A stretch of 64,000 nt of DNA from Blasia pusilla (lineage: Eukaryota). Below the pieces are notes generated by a model. The model was not told where the DNA came from, did not search any database, and worked only from the letters and a program-made list of their open reading frames with translations. Of the stretch, positions 25,675 through 35,353 are shown one piece after another (within the stretch, counting starts at the first letter, position 1; every line of letters starts with the position of its first letter). Position numbers and translations under genes: made by a program. Location: assembly GCA_050084515.1 (NCBI GenBank), contig CM114271.1, positions 6,200,001 through 6,264,000 of the forward strand, given 5' to 3'.

Positions 25675-26600
25675 ATTCGAGTGTTAGATCTCTTTGGAGG
25701 GATTAGCACCGGGTTAGCTCTTGCTTTGGCAGGAGTGCGAGTACAACAAAGATTTGTATGTGGAGAGTGATGATGTTGCGAGGCGCGTCTCACTACGACA
25801 TGTGGCGCAATTACGCCTACGTTTTCCCGACTTATTGTCTGCGTCCGCATTACAGGGGATACCAGAGTTCCCTACCGAGGGATATTTTGTTGTTGGGGGC
25901 GCAGGACTTAGAGCGGGTAGGGACCATTGATTTGGTCATTGCCGGTTGGCCATGTCGGCCAATCGAGAGCCGGACGAGGCAGCTGGTTGGTCGACACTCG
26001 GTCCAGGTTTTTTGGGAGATGTTGAGGGTCTTACGGCGAGTTGCAGAGCACCGCCTCATTCTCCGGCCTACATTCGAGAATGTGCCGATCTTAGAGACTC
26101 AGTGTCACGGGTCGTGATGAATGCTCATCAGGTGCGTGCCTGGATCGGCCCAGAAGTGTTCTTGGATGCGGCGAGTGTAGGTTCTAGAGCCCATCGCCCG
26201 CGTCTATGGTGGACCAACTTGGTGCCCCATGCGGTGTTATGGAGGGCGTATGCAAGAGTGGAGCGCCCCTCCCTTTGTTAGTGGATTCCATTCTGGATCC
26301 AGTCGCCGATCACACGCAGTGAGGCACGATGATCGACCACCGCCGACCGGGTCAGGGGTAGGCAGGCCGCGGCGCCTTGCCCACGTTTGTGAGTTTTCCC
26401 GCTTCCTATGCATACAAGGAGGCCGGTCTTGGCTTGGTTTGGGATGACCAGGTTCAGCGGTTGGTGGAGCCCAACGCCGACGAGAGAGAGCGAGCAATGG
26501 GATTTCCCACAGGAGTGACGGTAGTACCATCAATGTCAGAGGCATCACGACGCCATGTCTTGGGTCAAGCGATGGACCTGAACTGCTTGACATGGATCTC
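25675..26600 (+). pseudogene. DNMT3-like C5 cytosine DNA methyltransferase domain embedded in pol (split over several frames)
   Basis: Motif I IRVLDLFGGISTGL (25675); II YVESDDVA; III PRDI; IV IDLVIAGWPC (PC at 25950-25955) then GQSRAG...DTRS; VI ENV (26076-26084); VIII LDAASVGSRAHRPRLWWTNL (26162-26221); IX EPNADERERAMGFPTGVT (26467-26520); X RRHVLGQAMDL. All are in canonical I-to-X order. Confidence 0.9.
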
Positions 26601-26939
26601 GCCTTGGGAGTGCTCGAGCGGCGTCGTATGAGATCGTGATAGATCACGGCCGGTTGCGCAGTGAGCCCCATGCCTACCGAGACGGTGGAGGCAGTGGCTG
26701 GGGGCGAGACCCGAGGAGATCTACGCACCAGGGAAGATCGGGAGAGACACACTTGGACTTCTTGGGATGTTTTGAAGGTACGCAAGGAGATGATAGCCAC
26801 AGCATCGAGTGTGGTTTCGGCAATCGCACGTGGAGGAGATCAGAGTTTGCGCTGGCTGCAGGAGAGCGGCCGAGTGTTGTTGTTCGAGACGGGTTGCACC
26901 ATAGCAACCACCGATACCCGCCACGGAGAGTCCTACCGT

Positions 26940-28370
26940 AGTCACGATGGAGACTTGGGAGCCGATATGGGCCCTAAGTTGACAGGAGGAGAGTGGCGCC
27001 GAATACATCAGTTCCTTAGGAGTTATAGGAGCCGCTGCGTTTAGCATGGAGGATTTGGGTACGTTGAAGGGACCGGGATCCGCATTGAGTTGTCGAGTGA
27101 TATGCCGATCTTCTTCCGCGACCCTACAGTGTCTGATGATATGGAGAGGGATCTGATTGAGTAGGAGCCAAGACTTGGTGAGCAGACTAGTGGAGATGTC
27201 GCATGGGGAGTATGCATCCGCCACTTTGTCATGCCCGCCAAGAAGGATGTGCATGGCAACCGGACGGATAGGCGGATGTGTGGGGATTACCGACCTATCA
27301 ATCGGCGCATTTAAGTCCGATAGGTATGCCATGCCCACCCTTGAGGAGATCTTTGATGCGATTGGTCACGCAAAGGTCTTGATTCATTGATTTTGAAAGT
27401 GGATACCATCACCGCCTATCGATTGAGGACAAAAAAGACGGCATTTTGGGGCATTGATCCTCACGGGAAGGATTGTTTGTACCAGTGGCGGTTCTTACCA
27501 TTTGGGTTAAAGAACACCCGGCTGAGTTTCAAAGGGTCATGGATAGGATCTTGGCTGGTTTGGATTATTCTAGGTGTTATATTGATGACATCGTAGTCTT
27601 TAGCGCCACCACGGTTGAGGAGCATGAGCAACATCTAGAGGAGGTGTTTCGACGATTGCAATTACATGGGTGAAGCTACATCCGGCAAGTGCAAGTTCTT
27701 CTACGACCAGATTGAGTACTTGGGTCATACGATATACCCAGGGGGCCTTGGTGTTCAAAGACGAAGGTAGAGGCTATCTCATGCATTCCACGCCCCTGAG
27801 ATGTGAGCCGTGTTCGCAAGATTCATGGGATTGGCAAACTTCTATCGGCGATCGTCAAGGGATTCGGGATTCGATTATGGCCGCTGACCTTGCTCACCAA
27901 GGTGGATCACGAGTGGCACGGGGATGAGCAGAGCGAGCATTTCGATTGCTCAAGAACAGGTTGACGCCCGCACCCATCTTGAGGAGACCGATCAGGGGCG
28001 CCCTTTCCGATTGCACACGATTGGAGCATGTTGGGGCTTGGAGCAAGTGCTCACCCAAAGATGATGATGAGGTTTGTGGTGGCTTACGCTAGCCGCTCGA
28101 ACAACGCTGCAGGCGAAATCTGATTCAGTATGAGGGTGAGTGCTTGGTCATGCGTGTGGGTCATCGCGCATTTTAGGTGTTACTTATTCGGCAACCCTTT
28201 ACCATCATCATCGATCATCAACCACTGAAGTGGTTGATGGAGTCCGACAAGCTTACAAGGAAGCTTGCGAGATGGGCTCTGTTGTTGCAGGAGTATGATT
28301 TTCAGGTGGTACATAGACGTGGAACGCTCAACCAGGATGCAGATGGGTTGAGTCGTAACCCATGCCCGAA
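26940..28370 (+). pseudogene. Reverse transcriptase and RNase H of the inner Gypsy element (frameshifted as assembled)
   Basis: RMCGDYRPIN, DRYAMPTLEEIFDAIG, KTAFWG, YQWRFLPFGLKN, PAEFQRVMDRILAGL, CYIDDIVVFS; RNase H VVAYASRS, DHQPLKWL, LARWALLLQEYDFQVVHRRGTLNQDADGLSR. Confidence 0.93.
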
Positions 28371-28539
28371 GTCGAGATGCGACTGGAGCTCGATGGCATG
28401 GAGAGAGTGATGAGGAATTGGTGCCAGGATGGCACGCGTCAGCCTATTTAGGCATGTTGGCTATGGAGAGCTAGAGTGTGGAGACTTCGATGGCGAGGTC
28501 TAGTGGAGAGTCTTTGGATCCCGAGGCCAGTGAGGACAC

Positions 28540-29800
28540 GACAAGTGGCCGAGATATTCATGATGATGGAGTAGTCTTAGAGTACCTTCGTACTGGCAGC
28601 CTTGCGAGCACCATGGATGCTAGAGAGCGGGATCGGATCCTACAGCGGGCCAGACGGTTCCGTTGGGAGGGGACACATGTTTTGAGGGTTTGGGAGGATG
28701 GCAGAGTACGCGTAGTGCCGCATCCTTTGCAGAGAGCACGACTAGTGCAGCATGCCCATGAGGAGTTGGGTCACTTTGGGGTGAAGCGGACGTATAGCTT
28801 GCTCCAGATTCAGTATTGGTGGCGAGGCATGCATGCAGACCGGCGTTCGGCAGCTTTGTTGCCAGTGCATGGTGTGTGATCGGGTCCGAGCATCGTTCAA
28901 TGCTCCGACTCACGCTTGCATCCATTACCAATCATGGGCTTAGGGTATAGATGGAGTTTGATTTTGCAGACCTTTGCCCTTGACGGAGCATCACGATCGT
29001 TATGTGTTGGTGATGGTGAGCACTTCTCGAAGTGGATCGAGTTGGTTGCATTGCCTGACAAAGCAAGTGAGGGAGTAGCTTATGCCTTCCTTGAGAGAGT
29101 GCAGAGTCATTATGGCACACCAGTTGAGGTGTTGACAGACCAGGGTACCGAAGTTTAGCGGTGAGTTCCAAGCCTTGTGTGATCGGGGCCGATCGACCAC
29201 CGCGACGACCAGCGAGATCATCCCGAGGCGGATGGATTAGCGGAGAGAGTTGTGCAGACGGTGAAGAGGGGTTTACGCAAGTATGGCTTGCGAGAGAGGT
29301 CACCTAGAGATTGGGACCTCCGATTTGCCATGGTTGGCGATGGGATACTGATTCGTGACGAGGCATCCTTAGCGTCTTTTTCACCATACTTGCTACTTTA
29401 TGGCGAGAGCCGATTTACCTGCGGCCATTCGCCGAGATCTTTGGTGAGGTGTCTGAACCTTGATGACCCAGATGTATGGGTGCGAGGATGTTCTCGTGAG
29501 GGTGAGTTATTTCGGAGAGTGATGCCCATGGCGTTCGAGAACTTGGCGATTGCACAAAGATTGGGATACGTTGAGGTATGCGACTATTCCAGGTGGTGGT
29601 TATCGACCAACAATCCGAAGGTTTCATCAGGGAGATTATGTCTATTTGCAGCAGACGGCACCGACGACGTTGGATGTGACTGCAGGGCGCACTATCCTGA
29701 GAGTGCGTGACATTTTGCCATCGGGTGTTTCTCTTCGGAGGGACGCGATGGTATGGTATGGAAGGACCATGTGCATAATTGTGCGCCATGTCACCTTCCT
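28540..29800 (+). pseudogene. Integrase (HHCC zinc finger plus DDE core) of the inner element
   Basis: HAHEELGHFGVKRTYSLL...YWWRGM...CxxC; LHPLPIMGLGYRWSL; EHFSKWIELVAL; VLTDQGTE; ADGLAERVVQTVKRGLRKY. Confidence 0.92.
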
Positions 29801-29854
29801 AACATTGATGGTACAAAGAGATCCGAGCTTAGTAGTAGTTCCTGCAGCTTGCAT

Positions 29855-29993
29855 TGTATGTTGTGTGGTTACGCCGTAGTGCGCCACAATGCTAGTCTGT
29901 GATGGGTGTTCGAGAGGATGGCATATGGCATGTTTGACGCCACCTCTCACTAGGGTTCCTCAAGGACGATGGATGTGTCCCATATGTACATAG
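29855..29993 (+). pseudogene. PHD finger (C4HC3) at the C terminus of the pol polyprotein
   Basis: CMLCG...(one frameshift)...[36 protein letters not shown], stop at 29991-29993. Confidence 0.9.
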
Positions 29994-31237
29994 AGAAGAT
30001 AGTTCTACATTCCGACTTGTGTCTATGACATGGATGACAAGGAGGCGACTAACGATGGGGCCACATGAGCACTCGGCCTTCTTGCTCTTAGCGTCCGAGA
30101 GATGTATGTCATGGTAGGTAGGGATAGATGGCTATCTGGAGTTAGAGGGACCTAATCACCAGCTAGGGGGGCGATTGGAGATATTTTGGTTCTTCTTGTC
30201 TCGTTGTTTGGATGCCATGAGTTAGCATGGGATCATGCGTGTTTCTGTGTGTGTTCGGTGACAGCGATGTATGTTGTGTAGCGATGTGTATGCGTCGGCG
30301 GTTGTCACGCGTCTTTTAGGATAGATCGGTGGGATCTAATAGAGCGCCTTCATGAGTAGTGGAGGACACGCCCGAGAGAGGTCGAGGGTGACTGCTGAGG
30401 CCCTTGGAAACCCGAGATAGCAGGTTTCCCAAGCGTTCGGCTCATTTGGAGCCATATTGAGGAACTTACTATTTTAGGTAAGTACCATTTTGAGTATATT
30501 ATCGACTTACTATTTTTGGTAAGTGGCCCTTGACCTCCTACATCAGGTCAAGGAGGTGACTTGGGAGAATAGGTTACCATGGAGAGAGCTTGGGAGAGGA
30601 GAGGGGTATACCTCAAGGAGAGAGAGCTTGAGAGCTCATTCTCTCTTTGTTGAACCTCTTGGCATGAGGCGGCGGAGCTATGGTACCTTGCCTTGTGAGT
30701 GTAACCCAAGCCTCTCATTAGGAGAGTGGGTTTGGTTTGACATGAGAGAGAGTGCACACCTTTGAGAGCTATGGTGTGAGATGGTGGAGAGAGAGATTGG
30801 ATCTTACTTTATTGGAGATATTTTGGTTCTTCTTGTCTCGTTGTTTGGATGCCATGAGTTAGCATGGGATCATGCGTGTTTGTGTGTGTGTGTTTGGTGA
30901 CAGCGATGTATGTTGTGTAGCGATGTGTATGCGCACGACAGGTTCGATATGCTGATGTAGATTCATGAGTGGATTTTTAGGTCGGGTGAGCCATTTTTAC
31001 TACTCTTGATTTTTTTGTTGGGTCTCGATGTATATATGTGAGTTTGTTTGGTTTGTGTGGATCTACCCGTATTTTGGGGAAGATCGATGTTGTGTGGTGT
31101 GTAGATGTGACCAACGATGTGGGTTGTGTAGCGATGTGTATGGGCACGACAGATCTCATAAGATTTTTTCTTATAATAGTTAATTTCAAATAAGAGATGG
31201 GAGGAAACATATAGTTGAATTTTCAAAGGGGAAGGGA

Positions 31238-32195
31238 TGTCATGTTTGTTATAGCAAAATGACGAGTATCAATATGATATTTTTGAGGAGATGGTAGATC
31301 GCTTCCAAAAGGTCGAAGATGATTTGATGAGGACTAGAATAATACTTATTACCCCATGTTTTGGGCTTATTTGGAGTTGTACTAAAGAACTTACCATTTT
31401 AGGGAAGGTCCCTATTTTGAATATAGTTAACCTTTCATTTAGGAAAAGTGGCCCTTCATCCACTATCGTAGGTTAAGGTTGAAAAGTTTATATGCGTGCA
31501 CGTTACTAAAGAGAGAGCTTGGAGAGAGAGAGAGAAGGGATGTATCCAAGGAAAAAGAGTTTGAAAACTCATTCTCTCTTTGTTGAACCTTAATTTTTAA
31601 GGCAACGGAGCTATGCTTCTCCTTGCCTTTTGAGAAATCCAAGCTTCTTATTAAAAGAGACAAAGTTAATTTGGTTTGATATGAGAATGAATGAATGAAT
31701 GAATAGATTTATTGTCCACAGAGACCCCACAAGGCCATGGGACTTAGTTTTGAGACTTAACAAAAAGTTTGGAGAGAGATCAAGCACAAGCAAGGGCCTA
31801 AGAGGTCATCTAAGCCAGGTGAGTGTCCCTATTTTCACATAGCTATGCAAGAATTTAGCAATCTGAATCTGATTCTGCCTAGCCATGAATGCGGGCACTT
31901 TGGGAGTCTGGTGATCAAAGAGATCCGGGAAGTCAAGCTTACTGTGACTATGAAAGGTGCAATTGGAGAGGTTATGATGTTCATCATCAATAAGCCCCAA
32001 GTTGCAAAATCTACATAAACTGTCCTCCTTTTTCTTCAGTGAGAATTTTCCTTTCTCAACCTCAAGGTCAATAGAGCCACATCTGAATTTCGCTAATGTA
32101 TGACGTAACTTAGTGGGAATGGGGGCAGAGATGTAAGAGGCTTGCTAAATGGATCTGCAGGTGTTCATGAGGGTGTGATAGTGCCTCATGAACAC

Positions 32196-32258
<63 letters not shown>

Positions 32259-32394
32259 TGGAGAACTTTGATCCAAAAGTGTATTTGAGATATTACGATA
32301 CATGATTTTTTGTGTGTGTAGATACCATGAGTGAGTATGATATCTTGTATTTATGTGTGTACAAATAGAAAAACCGACGTGTATGCGCATGACA
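31238..32394 (+). mobile_element. Degenerate solo A+B repeat unit related to the inner element's repeats, interrupted by a LINE fragment
   Basis: Termini tgtcatg...catgaca (7-bp inverted repeat). 31450-31685 aligns to A (gagagagcttgg..., ctcattctctctttgttgaacct, cggagctatg, ccaagc). The end gtgtatgcgcatgaca matches the B terminus. No TSD seen. Confidence 0.72.
31685..32198 (-). mobile_element. 5'-truncated non-LTR retrotransposon (RTEX/CR1-group-like) 3' end with (ATTC)n tail, inserted in a GA tract
   Basis: Minus frame QASYISAPIPTKLRHTLAKFRCGSIDLEVEKGKF...LCRFCNLGLIDDEHHNLSNC, typical of a LINE ORF2 C-terminal zinc knuckle. 3' end gtggacaataaatctattcattcattcattc. Confidence 0.78.
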
Positions 32395-33303
32395 CCCCTC
32401 CCCCAATAGATTTTACCTAATACAAGAAAAATATGTTTAGAAGTCGTAAGTATAAGTTTAATGTCTAAAGGATAGAGTGATGTAAGAATTAAACGTGAAT
32501 CAAAGGAATTATTTCAAATTGGAAAATCATTTACCCTTGTGAAAGGAACTCATATTTCTTTGACATGCAATTATATGCCCCATAATGATTGTTTGTGATA
32601 CTAATGATAATCTTATCTAAATGATCTTTGAGACCTTTAATAAATTATTATGAATTAAACTTAGTCTCTAACATTATTAGAGAACAACTTAAGGAGAATA
32701 AGCACCCTTCTTTACAACACATGTTCTCCTAGCACTTCTCCTTCCTATTTTCTTGCTTTCTCTTTCACACAAAGCATAGCAATTATCCATCATTGCTAAT
32801 CACATGCATTGAGAGAATGGAAAACCACAAGAAGAAGATACAATTTTAGATTAGAAGTTATGTATAATATTAAGTAAGAATGTGTGTCACTATGAAACAT
32901 ACTGACACATACTCTTACTTAATATTATAGATATTCAACATAGATTAAAAAACATGTTTAACTCGGAAATTCCAATAAGTTTGTGATTTTGAGATTGTAA
33001 GAGATCACTCCCTCTCAAACCTATGAAACCCTCTCTCCTATAGTAGGTGGTATGGTCTTTCACCCTAATATAATAATCTATATCTATTTTATTGTTATAG
33101 AGTGCTTGGAAGAAAATCTAGCCTTTAAATGAGCTAACCTTTCATTTTACAAACTCCTCTTCTCTTCACATTTGGCAAACCAATAAGATTGTTCCCTACT
33201 CAACAAACATGATCCTTAGAAATTAATGTAAAATGGGATAATAGAGAACTTTAAGAGCTACTTACGAGAGGAGAAATCACAAGTATGGTATGCTAATATA
33301 AAA

Positions 33304-33475
33304 GAAAACTCCAAATCCATTTGGAGGAATCTCTATAATTAAAAGAGGATGGTATTAGAGGAAACTCCAAATCCATTTGGAGGAATCTCTATAATTAAAA
33401 GAGGATGGTATTAGAGGAAACTCCAAATCCATTTGGAGGAATTTTTATAATTAAAAGAGGATGGTGTTAGAGGAA
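33304..33475. repeat. Tandem repeat, 3 x 56 bp, at the 5' end of a degenerate Helitron-like copy (~33447-33640)
   Basis: aaactccaaatccatttggaggaatctctataattaaaagaggatggtattagagg repeated with period 56. The downstream sequence aligns with 42826-43049. Confidence 0.85.
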
Positions 33476-34334
33476 GCCCTCCTCGGGTGTGACACCTATC
33501 CACCAAGATTCTTATGGTGTGACACATGTCACTTTAAAAGAGGGAGTTCAATTAGAGGACAAAATTAAATTCAAAGAGGAAGGGAATCAAAGGCATTTTA
33601 AAATTTGAAGATCACCCGTACATCACACGAACACCATCCAACCCATATTACTATTGGGAAGTGTTATTCTTTTTACACTTAGCTTTTTCAACCAACTGGT
33701 TCCCGTCCGACGCACGGATAATAAAAAAATGTTTGAAGAACTTTTGTTAGTACATAGTTCGTGAAGGGATTAATGATGTTGCACAGAAATTCAAATTTTT
33801 ATATTCTTCGCCGTAGAAAGAGAAATATTTTTCTTACTACCCAGACATCACGCATAAAATAGATAAATATTTACAACAAATAAAAAAGGCACTCTCCCAT
33901 AATATTATAGATGAGATTATTTTTTTTCTTTCAATCCAATAAAATTGTTTTAAAATGGCATTTATATTGTGAGAGGTTTTATGAGACGTTACACCAGTTC
34001 TGTATAGATACGATCATCGGTACCCGCACGGGATTTGGAGCAGTTCTCTTCCTCATTTTGTTTTCGTGGAGTTGCCATCGAATGTGGAGAGGTTGGGGTG
34101 AGCTCTTCCTCTAAATCGTCCGAATGTGCGCATCGCAAACACAGACAGCAGCGTGACATCTGAATTTGCGATCGGCCTTCTACTGAAAGCTACGCGCTCG
34201 ATTTTCGGCGTACAATTTTGGCCTCCGGAATTGCCCTTCGCTCGACTAAGTGGAGCTTCAGGTGCGCTGATGCTGTTGTGGTTAATTCAACTCGCTGGTT
34301 TCCATCCCCAGCGCCGTGAGCTCTTGAACGTTTG

Positions 34335-34368
<34 letters not shown>

Positions 34369-34374
<6 letters not shown>

Positions 34375-34408
34375 TGAATGACATTTATTGTCCACGAGGA
34401 CCTCAAAT

Positions 34409-34412
<4 letters not shown>
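34369..34412 (-). mobile_element. Very short 3' end of the same LINE family, embedded in a (GA)n microsatellite (34338-34447)
   Basis: gaatgaatgaatgacatttattgtccac matches gaatgaatgaatagatttattgtccac at 31690-31719; (GA)n lies on both sides. Confidence 0.7.
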
Positions 34413-34449
<37 letters not shown>

Positions 34450-34536
34450 TACGTCCTGAAATCTGTGCAGGTTCATTTACTTGTCCAAATCTTCCTGTTT
34501 TGCCGCGTGAACCGGTCGCGTTTTAGTCGAGCATCG

Positions 34537-34856
34537 CTAGTCTGAGGTGGCGATGTTAGGGTGCACTCCTGCTCTTGTGGTTCAAATGCGTGGCTCCCAT
34601 ATACAGCACCGGGAGCTTCTGAATCACCTAGGACGTCTGAATCTGGCATCTCTAATCTGAAGTGGAGATGTGGGAGTGTGCGCTACTGCTCTTCTTGTTC
34701 AAATGTCTGGCTCCTACCTGCAGTAGCGTGAGGGTTTGAATCACCCAGTACGTTTGAGTCGGGCATCTCTAGTCTGAGGTGGAGAGTTCAGGGTGTGCTC
34801 CTGCTCTCGTAGTTCAAATGCGTGCCCCCGACTTACCGCACCTAAGCTTCTGAATC
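34537..34856. repeat. Diverged tandem repeat, about 3 x 116 bp, upstream of the PPR coding exon
   Basis: cta(g/a)tctga(g/a)gtgg...ctgctct...gttcaaatg...tgaatc recurs at ~34537, ~34652 and ~34769. Confidence 0.75.
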
Positions 34857-35353
34857 TGCAGTTAACCTCCGTCCATAATCTGCGCAATTTCTCTCTAGAG
34901 ATGCATCCAGTTTCTTTCCCTCGGATTGGCTTTCCTCCATTGTGGTCAATGCTTTCGGGGGAACTTCACAATTCCGTAGGAGTAGATTTCGCGGATTTTT
35001 CCTGTCAATCGGCATTCGGCAGTGGCATGTTTACCGCTGTGTCTCGAGAGCGTCGATGGGACTGTATGACACTTCCGGATTGGTAGGAGTTAATGCTTGG
35101 GATCGTTTCTTACCGCAACTGCGAAGAATAGGACCGTAAAATACCACACGTCCACGACTTTTTCTGATCTGATTCTCATGGCTGGAGTAGCCGATTAGGC
35201 ATTCTGTACCGGTCTATCATGTGCTTGCTTGTTCTGATTTCGTTTGGTCTACGGTTGCGCTTTGGATAAGTTTTCGCTTCTTAACTGGCTGCATGTTATT
35301 TCCGCAGGTATGAATGTCATCAAGATCGAAGATGAACACTCTCAGACGTGAAG

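Larger units (their letters stand above)
20677..30940 (+). mobile_element. Ty3/Gypsy retrotransposon (inner element, 10.3 kb) carrying a C5 DNA methyltransferase and a PHD finger; split repeats A1 20677-21183, B1 30174-30294, A2 30303-30811, B2 30811-30940; TSD GGTT
   Basis: Termini tgtc...gaca. GGTT is duplicated at 20673-20676 and 30941-30944, and the empty site ggatgtggttcgatatg is preserved in A'1 at ~16422-16438. Domain order is gag-PR-MTase-RT-RH-IN-PHD, with RT before IN as in Gypsy. Confidence 0.93.
16013..31151 (+). mobile_element. Older, internally deleted Ty3/Gypsy-like element (outer element) with split repeats: A'1 16013-~16500, B'1 remnant 20195-20252, A'2 20259-20676 + 30945-~31013 (interrupted by the inner element), B'2 ~31014-31151
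   Basis: Starts tgtcacatcttac at 16013 and again at 20259. The second copy resumes collinearly after the inner insertion (ggttcgatatg...ccatttttactactcttgatttt). Ends ...gcgatgtgtatgggcacgaca. Gag and protease remnants are homologous to the inner element. Flanks gact/gatc are not a clean TSD. Confidence 0.85.

Noticed and set aside
25675-26600. Host DRM/DNMT3 gene or bacterial restriction-modification contaminant
   Set aside because: No introns or UBA domains, motif order is not permuted, and it is collinear with pol inside a TSD-bounded element flanked by plant genes.
20677-30940. DIRS/Ngaro tyrosine-recombinase element, suggested by the split repeats and a methyltransferase
   Set aside because: It encodes an aspartic protease and an HHCC-DDE integrase, has TG...CA ends and a TSD, and shows no tyrosine recombinase motifs. 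The MTase is C5-type (PC, ENV), not the adenine-MTase-like domain of DIRS elements.
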